Shown in pieces: positions 9,944 to 19,575 of a stretch of 39,786 bases of DNA; the stretch's first letter is position 1; each line of letters opens with the position of its first letter. The stretch covers positions 1 to 39,786 of IMG/VR virus record IMGVR_UViG_3300032318_001790, one strand, 5' to 3'. The notes beneath the pieces were generated by a model. It was not told the DNA's origin and made no database searches. It was given only the letters and a program-made list of their open reading frames with translations. This stretch comes from a virus (taxonomy: Duplodnaviria > Caudoviricetes). Both the position numbers and the translations under genes were made by a program.

Positions 9944-10474
9944 TCATAAAAACATCCAAATTAAAGTTGCAAATAATCCTGCGCCACCAATCGGTACTAA
10001 TAAATTATATGGTGGAGGAACAAAGGCCATAAATTGTAATCCTAATAAGACACCGCCAGCAGCCGCAATAAGTGCAGCAATTAATTTTAAACGATGATAG
10101 CGTTTAATGGTATCGTTATATTTTTCAAACCACTGAAAGGCCTCCTCTTGTTTTTGCACGCCCCATTCCTTTAGGGCGTCAGCCTGCTTTTGAACTACGG
10201 AAACATTATTAACTGCATCTGCAACTTTTTTGTTTGCATTAGTTAAATTATTTTTTAATTTTGCGTTTTCAGACTTTGCGGATTTTAATTCAGAACCTAA
10301 TTCTTTAATAATTTCCTGCGCTTCCTGTACGCTAGTTTTATTGTTCGCCTGTACAACCTTTGTGGCAACGGGCTTTGTAGTTACAACTTCTTTTTTTTCT
10401 TTTTTATTCCATGGCCAAGCCATCGCACTGGAGGCTAAACATAATATAATAATTATTGGTAATAATTTTTTCAT
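9944..10474 (-). CDS. Exported coiled-coil protein with two C-terminal TM helices (spanin-like)
   Basis: Signal peptide MKKLLPIIIILCLASSAMA, long coiled coil, two hydrophobic segments at the C-terminus; inside lysis cassette. Confidence 0.5.
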   Translation of the reverse strand: MKKLLPIIIILCLASSAMAWPWNKKEKKEVVTTKPVATKVVQANNKTSVQEAQEIIKELGSELKSAKSENAKLKNNLTNANKKVADAVNNVSVVQKQADALKEWGVQKQEEAFQWFEKYNDTIKRYHRLKLIAALIAAAGGVLLGLQFMAFVPPPYNLLVPIGGAGLFATLIWMFL

Positions 10475-10478
10475 AAAT

Positions 10479-10748
10479 TTATTCGGGTTTTACTATATTT
10501 TTATTGGCAGTTTCCTGCTCGATTTCTTCCAGCAATTTTTCCAAGCGTTCTGCGAGTGATAATGCTTTATCGATATTCGCAGCGACTTTTGTGTTACTTT
10601 CTCCAGCCTGTTCGAGTTCGGATCGCGTTTCTTCAAGTGCCGTAACCACCTGTGCTGTAGAGACGGACGGTGGCGTGACATTTTTATTTTTTAAACTGGC
10701 ACATCCTGTACCGAACGCTAAAATAATAACTAATAGAGAATACCTCAT
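10479..10748 (-). CDS. Lipoprotein (o-spanin-like)
   Basis: MRYSLLVIILAFGTG-C lipobox-like, Pro linker, coiled coil; first gene of lysis cassette, GTGTAA upstream. Confidence 0.6.
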   Translation of the reverse strand: MRYSLLVIILAFGTGCASLKNKNVTPPSVSTAQVVTALEETRSELEQAGESNTKVAANIDKALSLAERLEKLLEEIEQETANKNIVKPE

Positions 10749-10756
10749 AACTATCT

Positions 10757-10762
10757 TTACAC
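10757..10762 (-). promoter_or_regulatory. Candidate late promoter GTGTAA
   Basis: Upstream of lysis cassette ATG 10748. Confidence 0.6.
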
Positions 10763-10789
10763 CGCAAAATAATAGGAAGATAATTATAT

Positions 10790-11161
10790 TTATTCAGCGT
10801 CAACAATAACTGGCTCTTCAATAGTTGGCATCTCAATAACTGGCAACAAAACCTGAAGCTGCTCTAGGGTCAATTCTTCCACGTCAGGGAACAAACCTGA
10901 ATTAAAAGCTTCTAAGAGTCTCAATGACCAGAGTGCTGTATAAGCCTTACGGCCATCTACCAGATCTGTTAAGGAGGCTGTCTCTGGGAATCTTAATGCC
11001 CTCAGTCTTGTGTGATCGGAGTCATCCCAGCCTGCTGCAATTGTAGTATAAGTCTGTAAACCGTCTTGTGCAGATTCTCCATACTGTTCAGTTAAAGTGG
11101 GTAATTGTTCCACAAGTTCAGCAGGAAAGGCAAATGTTTGGAAGGTAGTTGAGAAGTTCAT
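10790..11161 (-). CDS. Hypothetical protein, possible fibre assembly chaperone
   Basis: 123 aa acidic ORF directly after the paralogous fibre array; function from position only. Confidence 0.55.
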   Translation of the reverse strand: MNFSTTFQTFAFPAELVEQLPTLTEQYGESAQDGLQTYTTIAAGWDDSDHTRLRALRFPETASLTDLVDGRKAYTALWSLRLLEAFNSGLFPDVEELTLEQLQVLLPVIEMPTIEEPVIVDAE

Positions 11162-11202
11162 ATGTTATATTTTATTGTATTATTGAGAGTTTTCAAATAT
11201 TT

Positions 11203-12087
11203 TTAAGGTAGATTTAGACCGATGCCAAGGGTGCGTTTATAGAGATCCCGAACAATAGATACATTTACTTGCCAGTTGCTAATGACGCTGACAAACGCAA
11301 TTTTACCGATAGGGGCTAATGATGAATTGCCTCGACCGTTGCCCAATATCAATACTTCTGAAGCATTAGAAATTGCCCCATAAGGCGACTGCGCTGCGTT
11401 TGAGCCGTTGGCAATTTGTGTTGTGTCGCGGAAATGTCGATTACCTTGCACGTTGCTATTAGCTGCCTCATTGTTTTCCCGCTGCGTTGTCCACATGCGC
11501 CAAGTGCCCGCTGCCAACGCTTGATTTGATTGAGTGGCATAATTAACGAAGCCGACTTGTGTAGGTCCCTGAATATTTGTACCCGGGCTTTCGTTGGCAG
11601 ACCGTGTATTGATGCCCCCATATCGGTTGTTGGCTGTTGCTCCTCCGCCAAATAAAAATTGGTCTTGAGCGTTCCCTGCACCTACAATTTCACCGAAGTC
11701 GGAGACAACCATAACACTACTATTTGAACGAATATCATATCCTCCATTTGTTGACCAAGGGACGGAGATGTGACGACTTCTGTTGGTAGTTGGGTTTGTG
11801 GCAAACTCAACCCCATACTGAGACCAAGTTGGTGAGTTTACCATGGTGCCATTAAACACCCCCAGACCACCTAAACTATAAACCCCACTACCTGTTCCTG
11901 CATTATGAATACCTCTCATAGGCCAACAGACCATAGAATTCCATAAACCAAGCTTTTTAACCCCTATAACAAACTTATTAATCTGCTTTAAAGGCCCTGG
12001 GAGTATAGTAACACCTGAGCCAGACTTGACCCTCTGGGCGTATCTAATGGCGTCTATATCTAATCCGTATGTTCTTGTTCTTGGCAT
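11203..12087 (-). CDS. Virion receptor-binding / LamG-like protein, paralog 5
   Basis: Shares RTYGL...FV.G.K.LGLW..MVCWP...SLGGLG.FNGTMVNSPTW and C-terminal LYK.TLG.GL.LP with neighbours. Confidence 0.6.
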   Translation of the reverse strand: MPRTRTYGLDIDAIRYAQRVKSGSGVTILPGPLKQINKFVIGVKKLGLWNSMVCWPMRGIHNAGTGSGVYSLGGLGVFNGTMVNSPTWSQYGVEFATNPTTNRSRHISVPWSTNGGYDIRSNSSVMVVSDFGEIVGAGNAQDQFLFGGGATANNRYGGINTRSANESPGTNIQGPTQVGFVNYATQSNQALAAGTWRMWTTQRENNEAANSNVQGNRHFRDTTQIANGSNAAQSPYGAISNASEVLILGNGRGNSSLAPIGKIAFVSVISNWQVNVSIVRDLYKRTLGIGLNLP

Positions 12088-12092
12088 ATGTG

Positions 12093-12890
12093 TTATGGTA
12101 AGTTTAGCCTTTTACAAATTGTCTGTTTTAATAATGTAAATAAAGAGGCGTATACAGAAGATGTTAAACCGGTATTTAACCACCAACATAAAGCATAAGT
12201 GCCTAAGCAAATACCGCTAGAACTATCCCCTAACCTAAATTCTCTTCCAGGGTATGTAATAGGTAATAGAGTTGTAGTGGTAAAGGTTGAATTTAATGCA
12301 GTAAAGCTTGTACCTGTTTGAGTACCTAACCCTACAGCTACAGATGCCATTGTTAAGGGTCTAGACCCAAAATCAGATAAAGCTGTACCTAAACGTCTTA
12401 AAGTATTCGACGATGGATTATAAGCATCAAAGCCTAGACCTCTTGAGGTAGCAGGCACATCAGTGGTAATAAGTCTTTGTGCCTGATTAGCATTTGAATC
12501 AAGTCTAAAAACACCCCCAATAGCACCAGAAAGTGCAAATCCATCAGGGGTAAAATTTGTTTGCATTCTATTACTACCATCAGTATTAGTAGCATTTAAA
12601 CCACTTAAACCCCATGTTAAAGCCGTTCCCGAAATTGTTCCGGGGTAAGATCCAAACCCACCTAATGTTAAAACTGTTGTACCTGTCCCTATATTTTGTG
12701 TACTCTGTAAAAGCCAACATACAAAATAATTCCAAATTCCTAAATCTTTTAAACCAATCACAAAATTATCAATATCAGCTGCATCAGACTTCTGAATATT
12801 CGCCAAGCCATTAAGAGACCTATAAGTGTTAACTCTGTTGAGATAGCGCTTGGTATCTACGTCAAATTGATATGTTCTAGTAGTACTCAT
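12093..12890 (-). CDS. Virion receptor-binding / LamG-like protein, paralog 4
   Basis: Same conserved N- and C-terminal motifs (FVIGLKDLGIWNYFVCW; LLKQTICKRLNLP), divergent centre. Confidence 0.6.
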   Translation of the reverse strand: MSTTRTYQFDVDTKRYLNRVNTYRSLNGLANIQKSDAADIDNFVIGLKDLGIWNYFVCWLLQSTQNIGTGTTVLTLGGFGSYPGTISGTALTWGLSGLNATNTDGSNRMQTNFTPDGFALSGAIGGVFRLDSNANQAQRLITTDVPATSRGLGFDAYNPSSNTLRRLGTALSDFGSRPLTMASVAVGLGTQTGTSFTALNSTFTTTTLLPITYPGREFRLGDSSSGICLGTYALCWWLNTGLTSSVYASLFTLLKQTICKRLNLP

Positions 12891-13678
12891 GGTAGGCCTA
12901 AACCTTTCCCGATTGTTTGTTTATATAATGCGTAAATAAAGCTATGCTGAGATGCTGTGGCTATTACATCTCTAATAGCCCAAAAAAACGCGACCCGTAT
13001 TGTGGTATCACTAGCATTATTTGCAGCCACTATAGTGTTTGAGTTGTTTCCAGCTGCATCGTCCCAACCTATGATTACTGAGACTATAGAGGGAGTTACA
13101 AAGGTACCATTTGCATACCCTTCGGCTGTTAACCTACCAGTAATAGATACAGACTTAAAAATAAAATCAGTTGTAACAGTTGGAGACCAAGTATAGTAGT
13201 TAGAATTATCACTGTTACGAATAGTAAAGCTTCGACTGTTTATGGCATCTCCGTCAGCATACCGTCTTGGGAAAGTTCCCCAAAAACGAGTACGCATAGT
13301 TGCTGCAGTATTTGCTTTATCATTAACCATACCAAAAGTTAAAGGACTAGAAGGGGTATCAAGACCCGATCTTGTAATTTCTTGTGTAGTACTAGTAAAA
13401 CCAATTCCACTATTACTCCAAGTCGGGGAATTTACCATACTTCCATTATAGACTCCCAACCCACCTAAGCTTAAAACTGTAGAACCTGTTCCAATATTAT
13501 GAATACTTCTCATAGGCCAACAAACTATATTCTGCCACAAATTCAACTGCTTTAACCCCTTCACAAAATTATCCACATCATTAACATCTGTACCAGCTAG
13601 TTCTTTGCCATAAGCATACAACCTTCTCAAGTATTGCCTTGTCTCGTTTTGTAGACCATATGATTTGGATGAGATCAT
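12887..13678 (-). CDS. Virion receptor-binding / LamG-like protein, paralog 3
   Basis: FVKGLKQLNLWQNIVCWPMRS...; LYKQTIGKGLGLP. Confidence 0.6.
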   Translation of the reverse strand: MISSKSYGLQNETRQYLRRLYAYGKELAGTDVNDVDNFVKGLKQLNLWQNIVCWPMRSIHNIGTGSTVLSLGGLGVYNGSMVNSPTWSNSGIGFTSTTQEITRSGLDTPSSPLTFGMVNDKANTAATMRTRFWGTFPRRYADGDAINSRSFTIRNSDNSNYYTWSPTVTTDFIFKSVSITGRLTAEGYANGTFVTPSIVSVIIGWDDAAGNNSNTIVAANNASDTTIRVAFFWAIRDVIATASQHSFIYALYKQTIGKGLGLP

Positions 13679-14478
13679 AAACCGAACCTGCCTTTCATTG
13701 CATTATAGTTTTGAAGGATTTCTGGTGCTGTAAGGACTTGGTTATATATACTTACATTTGAGACACTGCCCTGGGATTGTTGTACCGCCCAATGTCTTCT
13801 TCCAACTTGCAATTTACCTGTAATATTTACAGAAGCTGGTATTGTTCCAGTATATGAAACTGTTTGATTGATACCATTTAAATAGATTTTTAATCGATTT
13901 GAATTACCGGTTAAAGTACCGTCAAAGGTAAAAACTATATTTTGCCACCCATTTATATTATAGTTTACAGCTCCATAATCTCCAAAAGTAAAATTTATAT
14001 AAATAGTTTGTGGGTATATTTCCATACCAAAGGGGTTACTATATACTAAAACCGCTGGAAAGCTAGTTTGAGCGTTAGTTTTATTGAGCCATGCGCTCAT
14101 AGTTAATTTAGAAATATTACCTGCTGTATAACTGGATTCTATATAATCATTGCCAGAGTTAAATGTAAACGCTCCTTTATTATCGGATATATAATTAACT
14201 GAATTAATGAGAACTGCATTATTAGACCCAGCTAAATCTTTCCAAACTGTGCCCCCTGCCGGATAACTGTCACTAACTCCAGCATCAAGCCACACTACCA
14301 AGCCACCTAAAACAATTGGAGAATTGGCTAAAAATGTTGTATTAAGATTTCTTGTCTTTCTATTAATAACAAAATCATTCAGAGTCTTTATATTAGTTTG
14401 ATTAACTATACTCTTAGCCTCACAAGCTTTCAAATACTCTTTGGTCTCTTTTTCTAAATTGTAAAATCTTTTAGCCAT
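13675..14478 (-). CDS. Concanavalin A-like / LamG domain virion protein, paralog 2
   Basis: GLVVWLDAG..SY..GGTVWKDL, TMSAW, WQNIVFTFDG, KIYLNG, IYNQVLT..EI.QNYNAMKGRFGL is a typical phage LamG domain; N-terminus shared with the array (YNLEKETKEYL). Confidence 0.8.
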   Translation of the reverse strand: MAKRFYNLEKETKEYLKACEAKSIVNQTNIKTLNDFVINRKTRNLNTTFLANSPIVLGGLVVWLDAGVSDSYPAGGTVWKDLAGSNNAVLINSVNYISDNKGAFTFNSGNDYIESSYTAGNISKLTMSAWLNKTNAQTSFPAVLVYSNPFGMEIYPQTIYINFTFGDYGAVNYNINGWQNIVFTFDGTLTGNSNRLKIYLNGINQTVSYTGTIPASVNITGKLQVGRRHWAVQQSQGSVSNVSIYNQVLTAPEILQNYNAMKGRFGL

Positions 14479-14481
14479 ATG

Positions 14482-15378
14482 TTAGGGTAGTCCAAGACCT
14501 TGGCCGAGGGTGGTGCGGTAGATTTCGCGGATGGCCGCGCTGTCTTGATAGCTGTTGACCACGGCAAAGAACGGCATGGTCATGTTGGCGTATAATCCAT
14601 CAGAGCGGCGACCCAGATAAAGCCGCGACAACGAAGGCATGGAGGCAGATGCGGTCATGGTTGTTGTAGAGTCATCAACCCGAAGCAGGGATGTCTCTGG
14701 GTTTTGCCTTACGGAAAAACTCGCCCAGCGCATCGCGCCCAAGGCTGCGGAGCGCGTTCCGCTTGTTACCGTGGGCGCACTGTTGACCGTCTGAAAATAC
14801 CAAGTGTTCCCGCTGCTTTCTGGCGCAAGCCCGACAGACGGAACAAAGCTCGATCCATTATCGTGACTAAAAACGCTGCGAAAGACTTGCGAGGCGAAAT
14901 TCACTGCGGTCATCCATGTTGTGGGCAGCGTTGCAGGCACAGTAATCGTAATGTGAGTGCTGCCAGAGTTTGTGAACTCCATCCCATCCGCCCCGCGAAC
15001 TGGCGTATTGACCATTGTCCCATTGAACGTTCCCAGCCCACCCAACGAATACATGATGTCGCCTGTCGCGGCATTCTGCGAACTCCGCAACGGCCAACAG
15101 ACCATATTCTGCCAAAGACCTAAAGTCTTCATACCCCGGACAAACAAACATACTTCAAATCTACCTAAGAGATTATTAATCGAAGCTCTTTGAAAATAAC
15201 TATCAGCATCCCGGTCATTGAAGCCCAGACCGTATTGAGACCAGACCCCTGACTTCTTTAAACTTTCCACCCTGTCGTTTAAGGTCTTTACCAGAGAGGG
15301 GGTTACGATAACAGAAGTCTCGTTTTGGATTCTATTACAATAGGCCTTAACCTCATTCTGTACGCCATAAGATTTCAT
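14482..15378 (-). CDS. Virion receptor-binding / LamG-like protein, paralog 1
   Basis: Conserved family motifs; N-terminal helical unit appears duplicated (VESLKKSGVW / VRGMKTLGLW); 3' two-thirds markedly GC-rich. Confidence 0.6.
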   Translation of the reverse strand: MKSYGVQNEVKAYCNRIQNETSVIVTPSLVKTLNDRVESLKKSGVWSQYGLGFNDRDADSYFQRASINNLLGRFEVCLFVRGMKTLGLWQNMVCWPLRSSQNAATGDIMYSLGGLGTFNGTMVNTPVRGADGMEFTNSGSTHITITVPATLPTTWMTAVNFASQVFRSVFSHDNGSSFVPSVGLAPESSGNTWYFQTVNSAPTVTSGTRSAALGAMRWASFSVRQNPETSLLRVDDSTTTMTASASMPSLSRLYLGRRSDGLYANMTMPFFAVVNSYQDSAAIREIYRTTLGQGLGLP

Positions 15379-15463
15379 TATTATTTTTACAGAACCCCTA
15401 AATTCAAACTTAGCATTGGGCCGGTAGGAAATGGCGCGCCTGCAAAATTAATCATAATTTATT

Positions 15464-16288
15464 TTAAACCCCCTCCCAAAATATGTAACGACCAGTCGCG
15501 CCACTTGGCTGAACATTTACAGAAATATCTCCTTTATACCTATCATCACTAAGTTTTTCACCGCGACCGTCAGCAACGGTTGTTCCTGGATATAATATAA
15601 AATTAAAAGATTGAGGATTACAACCTAAACCATACTTTACATATAAAGACGTATCACCTAAATTTTGACCAAATAATATAATTCTGTTCGCATTCCCAGA
15701 AACTGTTTGTAGGCCAACACCGCTAACACTAGTTCCAAGAACAATCCCTGTTAAAAAATTTGAAACACTTGCATAACCAACATCAAAAGTTGTAACAGAA
15801 TCTATATCTTTGTCTAAGTCGGCTTGATATGCTAAAGTACCACCGGTATCTTTATCCATGTTTAGAATAACATCACTATTTCTTTTGTAGTCTGGATAAA
15901 ATCCGCTATTCATATCTACTGAACGGCCACCGACAGCAGTAAAGGACATTGGAGTTACTGGTGAGTAAAGGCCAGTACTTCCACCCGATCCAGTAATCAT
16001 ACCAGTTAGGTAACCACTCGCTAAATCAAGCCCCTCCATATTAACATCATAAAATATTTGAAGTTTATCGCCACTAAGCATTGTTCCACTTGTTGGATAA
16101 TTTAATTTAATATAATTACCACCAGTTACAAAACCTACAGCAGAAGAATCTGCAAAATTATAAATAATTTGCCCGCTACTAACATTAGTAATAAGCAACA
16201 AATTTTCCTGATTTATCGTTACATAGTCTGTTAGTCTTACGAGTCCTGACTGTGGAATAAATTGGTAACCTGTAATTAATTTTTTCAT
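15464..16288 (-). CDS. Virion structural protein
   Basis: N-terminal LLLITNV...IIYNFAD...DKLQIFYD motif seen in phage structural proteins; inside fibre cluster. Confidence 0.5.
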   Translation of the reverse strand: MKKLITGYQFIPQSGLVRLTDYVTINQENLLLITNVSSGQIIYNFADSSAVGFVTGGNYIKLNYPTSGTMLSGDKLQIFYDVNMEGLDLASGYLTGMITGSGGSTGLYSPVTPMSFTAVGGRSVDMNSGFYPDYKRNSDVILNMDKDTGGTLAYQADLDKDIDSVTTFDVGYASVSNFLTGIVLGTSVSGVGLQTVSGNANRIILFGQNLGDTSLYVKYGLGCNPQSFNFILYPGTTVADGRGEKLSDDRYKGDISVNVQPSGATGRYIFWEGV

Positions 16289-16301
16289 TTTATTCTATAT
16301 A

Positions 16302-17867
16302 TTATAGTGCAATAGCATAAGCAATTGCTATTTTTTTTGTATTTTCTATTTGAGTTTTAACATTATATTGGCCACTTAATATTAAATCTCCTGTTATATT
16401 TACATTATTTGTGAAACTTTTTACCCCACTAATTGTTTGATTACCATAAAGTAAAACTGAACTGCCGCTAAGTGAATTAATTTGAGTTTGAAATATTCCA
16501 GTATTTAAAGTTTCATTAAACCAAAGGCCACTTGCTGAATTGTATCTTAGTATATCGTCATTATTTAAAACGTTTTTATGATTTATATTTACGTTATGAA
16601 GTTCTTCCAACTCAAAACCATTTTGAATTTTAACAAAGACTTCTCCTTGATTAGCATGCTTTCTAGTAAGTACTCCAAGATAAACAAGATGATTAGGTGC
16701 GTATGGTTTATTAGCTAAACCAAAAATTAAACTTCCAGTGGGACCAAGCCATATTGGATCTCCTTCTTCTCCAGCATTTGTATTAAAACCTTGCAGCAAA
16801 CCTTCAGTTACTATTGTTCCTTGAGCGTTTTGAGCTAAACTAGTTTGATATACTAACCCTAAAGTTTTTGATGATGTTTGTTCTCCACTATTGCTTGCTA
16901 ATTTAACTAAAATATTTGTTCCCGCCGCACTAGATACATAAACTGGTTGGCCTTTGTATATTGTAGAGCCATTATCATTTTTTATATTTATTTGTGCGCT
17001 ATAAAGTACTCCACTTATTGTCGTATTCACTTCTCCGCTTAAAAGAACAGGAATTGTATTAACTGTAGGTCTAGTTGTAAAATCTTTTAAACCAGATATT
17101 GTTTGATTACCATATAATAACACAGAAGATCCACTTAGAACATTAATTTTATTATCAAGCGTTGAACCAGTATTTGCAAGATTACTACTCGTAGCATATG
17201 AACTTAGATCAACGCCTGTAACGAATCCGCTTGGATTACTACGCGGATAAAAATCGCCTGTTTGACCTGTAGTGACATATGCCGAAAGATTTACGCCCGT
17301 AACGAATCCGCTTGGATTACTACGCGGATATAAACTCGACGTGTCTACGCCCGTAACGAATCCGCTTGGATTACTACGCGGATATAAACTCGACGTGTCT
17401 ACGCCCGTAACGAATCCGCTTGGGTTACTACGCGGATATAAACTCGACGTGTCTACGCCCGTAACGAATCCGCTTGGATTACTACGCGGATAAAAATCGC
17501 CTGTTTGACCTGTAGTGACATATGCCGAAAGATTTACGCCCGTAACGAATCCGCTTGGATTACTACGCGGATAAAAATTAGCGTTCGTATCGCCGCTCAA
17601 ATTATTAATTTGGTTTTGTATATTTCCACTCGCACCCAAAATACTTACGTTCTCGACGTTAGAAAGCCCAACATCATTTTTATCAATAACTACCCACCCA
17701 ATTTTACCATTAACACTTTGAACTGGAGCGTAATCTTCCTGTACCTGAACAGATATAGAAGATAATATATTTTCTACGTTAACTGTTTGAACTTGAGTTA
17801 ATTGAGAATCAAATTCTTGATAAACTTCAATAATTAATTCATTTAAGTCTATATCAAATATATTCAT
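16302..17867 (-). CDS. Tail fibre protein with internal repeats
   Basis: VQSVNGKIG.V...K.DVGL.NVEN fibre motif, six YPRSNPSGFVTGV repeats, GNQTISG.K.F repeats, C-terminal AIAYAIAL. Confidence 0.75.
   Translation of the reverse strand: MNIFDIDLNELIIEVYQEFDSQLTQVQTVNVENILSSISVQVQEDYAPVQSVNGKIGWVVIDKNDVGLSNVENVSILGASGNIQNQINNLSGDTNANFYPRSNPSGFVTGVNLSAYVTTGQTGDFYPRSNPSGFVTGVDTSSLYPRSNPSGFVTGVDTSSLYPRSNPSGFVTGVDTSSLYPRSNPSGFVTGVNLSAYVTTGQTGDFYPRSNPSGFVTGVDLSSYATSSNLANTGSTLDNKINVLSGSSVLLYGNQTISGLKDFTTRPTVNTIPVLLSGEVNTTISGVLYSAQINIKNDNGSTIYKGQPVYVSSAAGTNILVKLASNSGEQTSSKTLGLVYQTSLAQNAQGTIVTEGLLQGFNTNAGEEGDPIWLGPTGSLIFGLANKPYAPNHLVYLGVLTRKHANQGEVFVKIQNGFELEELHNVNINHKNVLNNDDILRYNSASGLWFNETLNTGIFQTQINSLSGSSVLLYGNQTISGVKSFTNNVNITGDLILSGQYNVKTQIENTKKIAIAYAIAL
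17218..17573. repeat. Six near-identical in-frame repeats (spacing 81, 54, 54, 54, 81 bp)
   Basis: gtaacgaatccgcttggattactacgcggata starts at 17218, 17299, 17353, 17407 (one mismatch), 17461, 17542. Confidence 0.95.
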
Positions 17868-17868
17868 T

Positions 17869-18225
17869 TTATATATTTGTTATATCACCATCAATAGGGA
17901 ATTGTCCTTTTAAATATGTTCTAGTCGTATCACCCGAAGACAATTGTAAATCATAAACAAAAGTATCTGGCCCAATTAACATGCACTTTCCAGGTTTTGG
18001 GTTTAGGCGAATTTCGTTTCCAGAAACGCCGCCAATAAACATTGAACTATCAACCGTTGTCCACGATAAGACCGTTGATAATCCAGCCGCCTCTTTGACT
18101 TGAAGCGCGCCAGTAACGCCACTAACATTAACAGCACTTCCAGAGCTATCTAATAATTTAAATACTATTGGACCATAACTGTCGCCACGATATCCTGTTG
18201 GTAAATTATAAATTGCTGGAACCAT
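17869..18225 (-). CDS. BppU-N-like small baseplate/fibre adaptor protein
   Basis: YRGDS...F...YDLQL..G...TYLKG.F.I.GDIT pattern; GTGTAA upstream. Confidence 0.55.
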   Translation of the reverse strand: MVPAIYNLPTGYRGDSYGPIVFKLLDSSGSAVNVSGVTGALQVKEAAGLSTVLSWTTVDSSMFIGGVSGNEIRLNPKPGKCMLIGPDTFVYDLQLSSGDTTRTYLKGQFPIDGDITNI

Positions 18226-18235
18226 AATAATATTA

Positions 18236-18241
18236 TTACAC
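18236..18241 (-). promoter_or_regulatory. Candidate late promoter GTGTAA
   Basis: Upstream of ATG 18225. Confidence 0.6.
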
Positions 18242-18291
18242 TCTTTTATAAAAATTTAATTATAATAATATATTATTTTAAAATCTAATAA

Positions 18292-19575
18292 TTAAACGTA
18301 AAAATATGCAGCCACATTAACTGCTAAACCTGAAGCAAGATTACTAGCTCCAGAGTTAAAATTAGTTTGATAATAAAAAGATACATAATTTCCGCCTGTT
18401 ATTGGTATATTTAAATTTCCAGTAGAATTAGTATACATTGTATTCGAAGCAGGGATATTTATTCCAGATGTAACTTGAATTCCTGGTACATCGTCACGAG
18501 TTGACGCATTAGTTGCAAAATTTTTAAAATATCCAGTCATTGCACTACTTGGAATTGGTGCGTTAGTTTTTGCAATAGTAGTCCATACAATTTTTCTTAA
18601 AAAACAGTCTTGGAGTATTTGAACTCTTCTTTTTTCATTATTAGCTAAACTAACTGGATCAATATCCATTTGTGGTCCAAAATAATAATATTGCGATCCT
18701 GTGCTTGTATTATTTCGTACATGACCAAAATTTATAACAAATGGAGTAGATCCACTTAAAAGAACTCCAGTTCCATTAACTGTTGGTAGTGTTGAAAAAC
18801 TTGCCCCGCCATCAACACGCAAATTACCTCCACTTATATGAACTTTTTCAGCTGGAGAACTCGTGCCAAGACCAACCCTTCCATTAGTACCTAACCAAAG
18901 TTGTGGAAAATTCCCTGCAGTAAAACTAAGATTGTTATATGCAGTTACATTAGAATTCACTCCAGCAAATTCAAAAGCTGCAGCACCCCAAGAACTACTG
19001 ACATTTGTCAATACGCCTGTTGTACCATCTGATTTTCCTAAAAACGCCCCACCTTGAATAAGTGTAGATGGTACTTGACCACCAGCAGTTATATCAGCGC
19101 CCGAGATAGTTATCTTCCGAGCAACGATTCCAGTAGCGAAAGTTTTTACGCCGCTGATTGTTTGGTTGCCAGTGTTGTAAACTAAATTTGAGGCCAATAT
19201 TGGAACTCTTCCCAATATTTGTGTTGGATTGAATTCAATTATATCAGAAATTGGACCAGCTGTGGGGCTTATACCAATACCTATTTTATTATAACCATTA
19301 TAAGCTCCATAAATTACGCCATCACCATTTCCTCCAATGTTTGGAAATTGAAGTCCGCGCGCAGCATTTAATGATGATGGAGTCGCGGAAGATGCCAAAC
19401 CAACAGCGGTTCCGCTACTAAAAGTTTTTACGCCACCAATTGTTTGATCTCCAGTAATTGAAACACCAGAAAGATTTAAAAGCGCCTGTCCAGCATTAGA
19501 CGCATTTGTGCCGCCGCCAGAGATTGTGCGGACGCCACTTATTTCTACTACAGTTGTGCGGAATAGTCCAGTCAT
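18292..19575 (-). CDS. Tail fibre protein
   Basis: GGTNASNA..AL.NL, TG.QTI.GVKTF repeats, GRVGLGTSSP.EK.HI.GG fibre motif. Confidence 0.7.
   Translation of the reverse strand: MTGLFRTTVVEISGVRTISGGGTNASNAGQALLNLSGVSITGDQTIGGVKTFSSGTAVGLASSATPSSLNAARGLQFPNIGGNGDGVIYGAYNGYNKIGIGISPTAGPISDIIEFNPTQILGRVPILASNLVYNTGNQTISGVKTFATGIVARKITISGADITAGGQVPSTLIQGGAFLGKSDGTTGVLTNVSSSWGAAAFEFAGVNSNVTAYNNLSFTAGNFPQLWLGTNGRVGLGTSSPAEKVHISGGNLRVDGGASFSTLPTVNGTGVLLSGSTPFVINFGHVRNNTSTGSQYYYFGPQMDIDPVSLANNEKRRVQILQDCFLRKIVWTTIAKTNAPIPSSAMTGYFKNFATNASTRDDVPGIQVTSGINIPASNTMYTNSTGNLNIPITGGNYVSFYYQTNFNSGASNLASGLAVNVAAYFYV

Noticed and set aside
11203-15378. Diversity-generating retroelement or invertible shufflon
   Set aside because: No reverse transcriptase, no TR/VR pair with adenine-specific differences, no invertase; all genes complete and co-oriented.
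15410-15445. Intergenic GGCGCGCC resembling the element core
   Set aside because: Single octamer without flanking palindromes; may be chance.
17218-17573. CRISPR-like repeat-spacer pattern
   Set aside because: Intervening sequences are themselves repeated, all periods are multiples of 3, and the region is in frame within a fibre gene.
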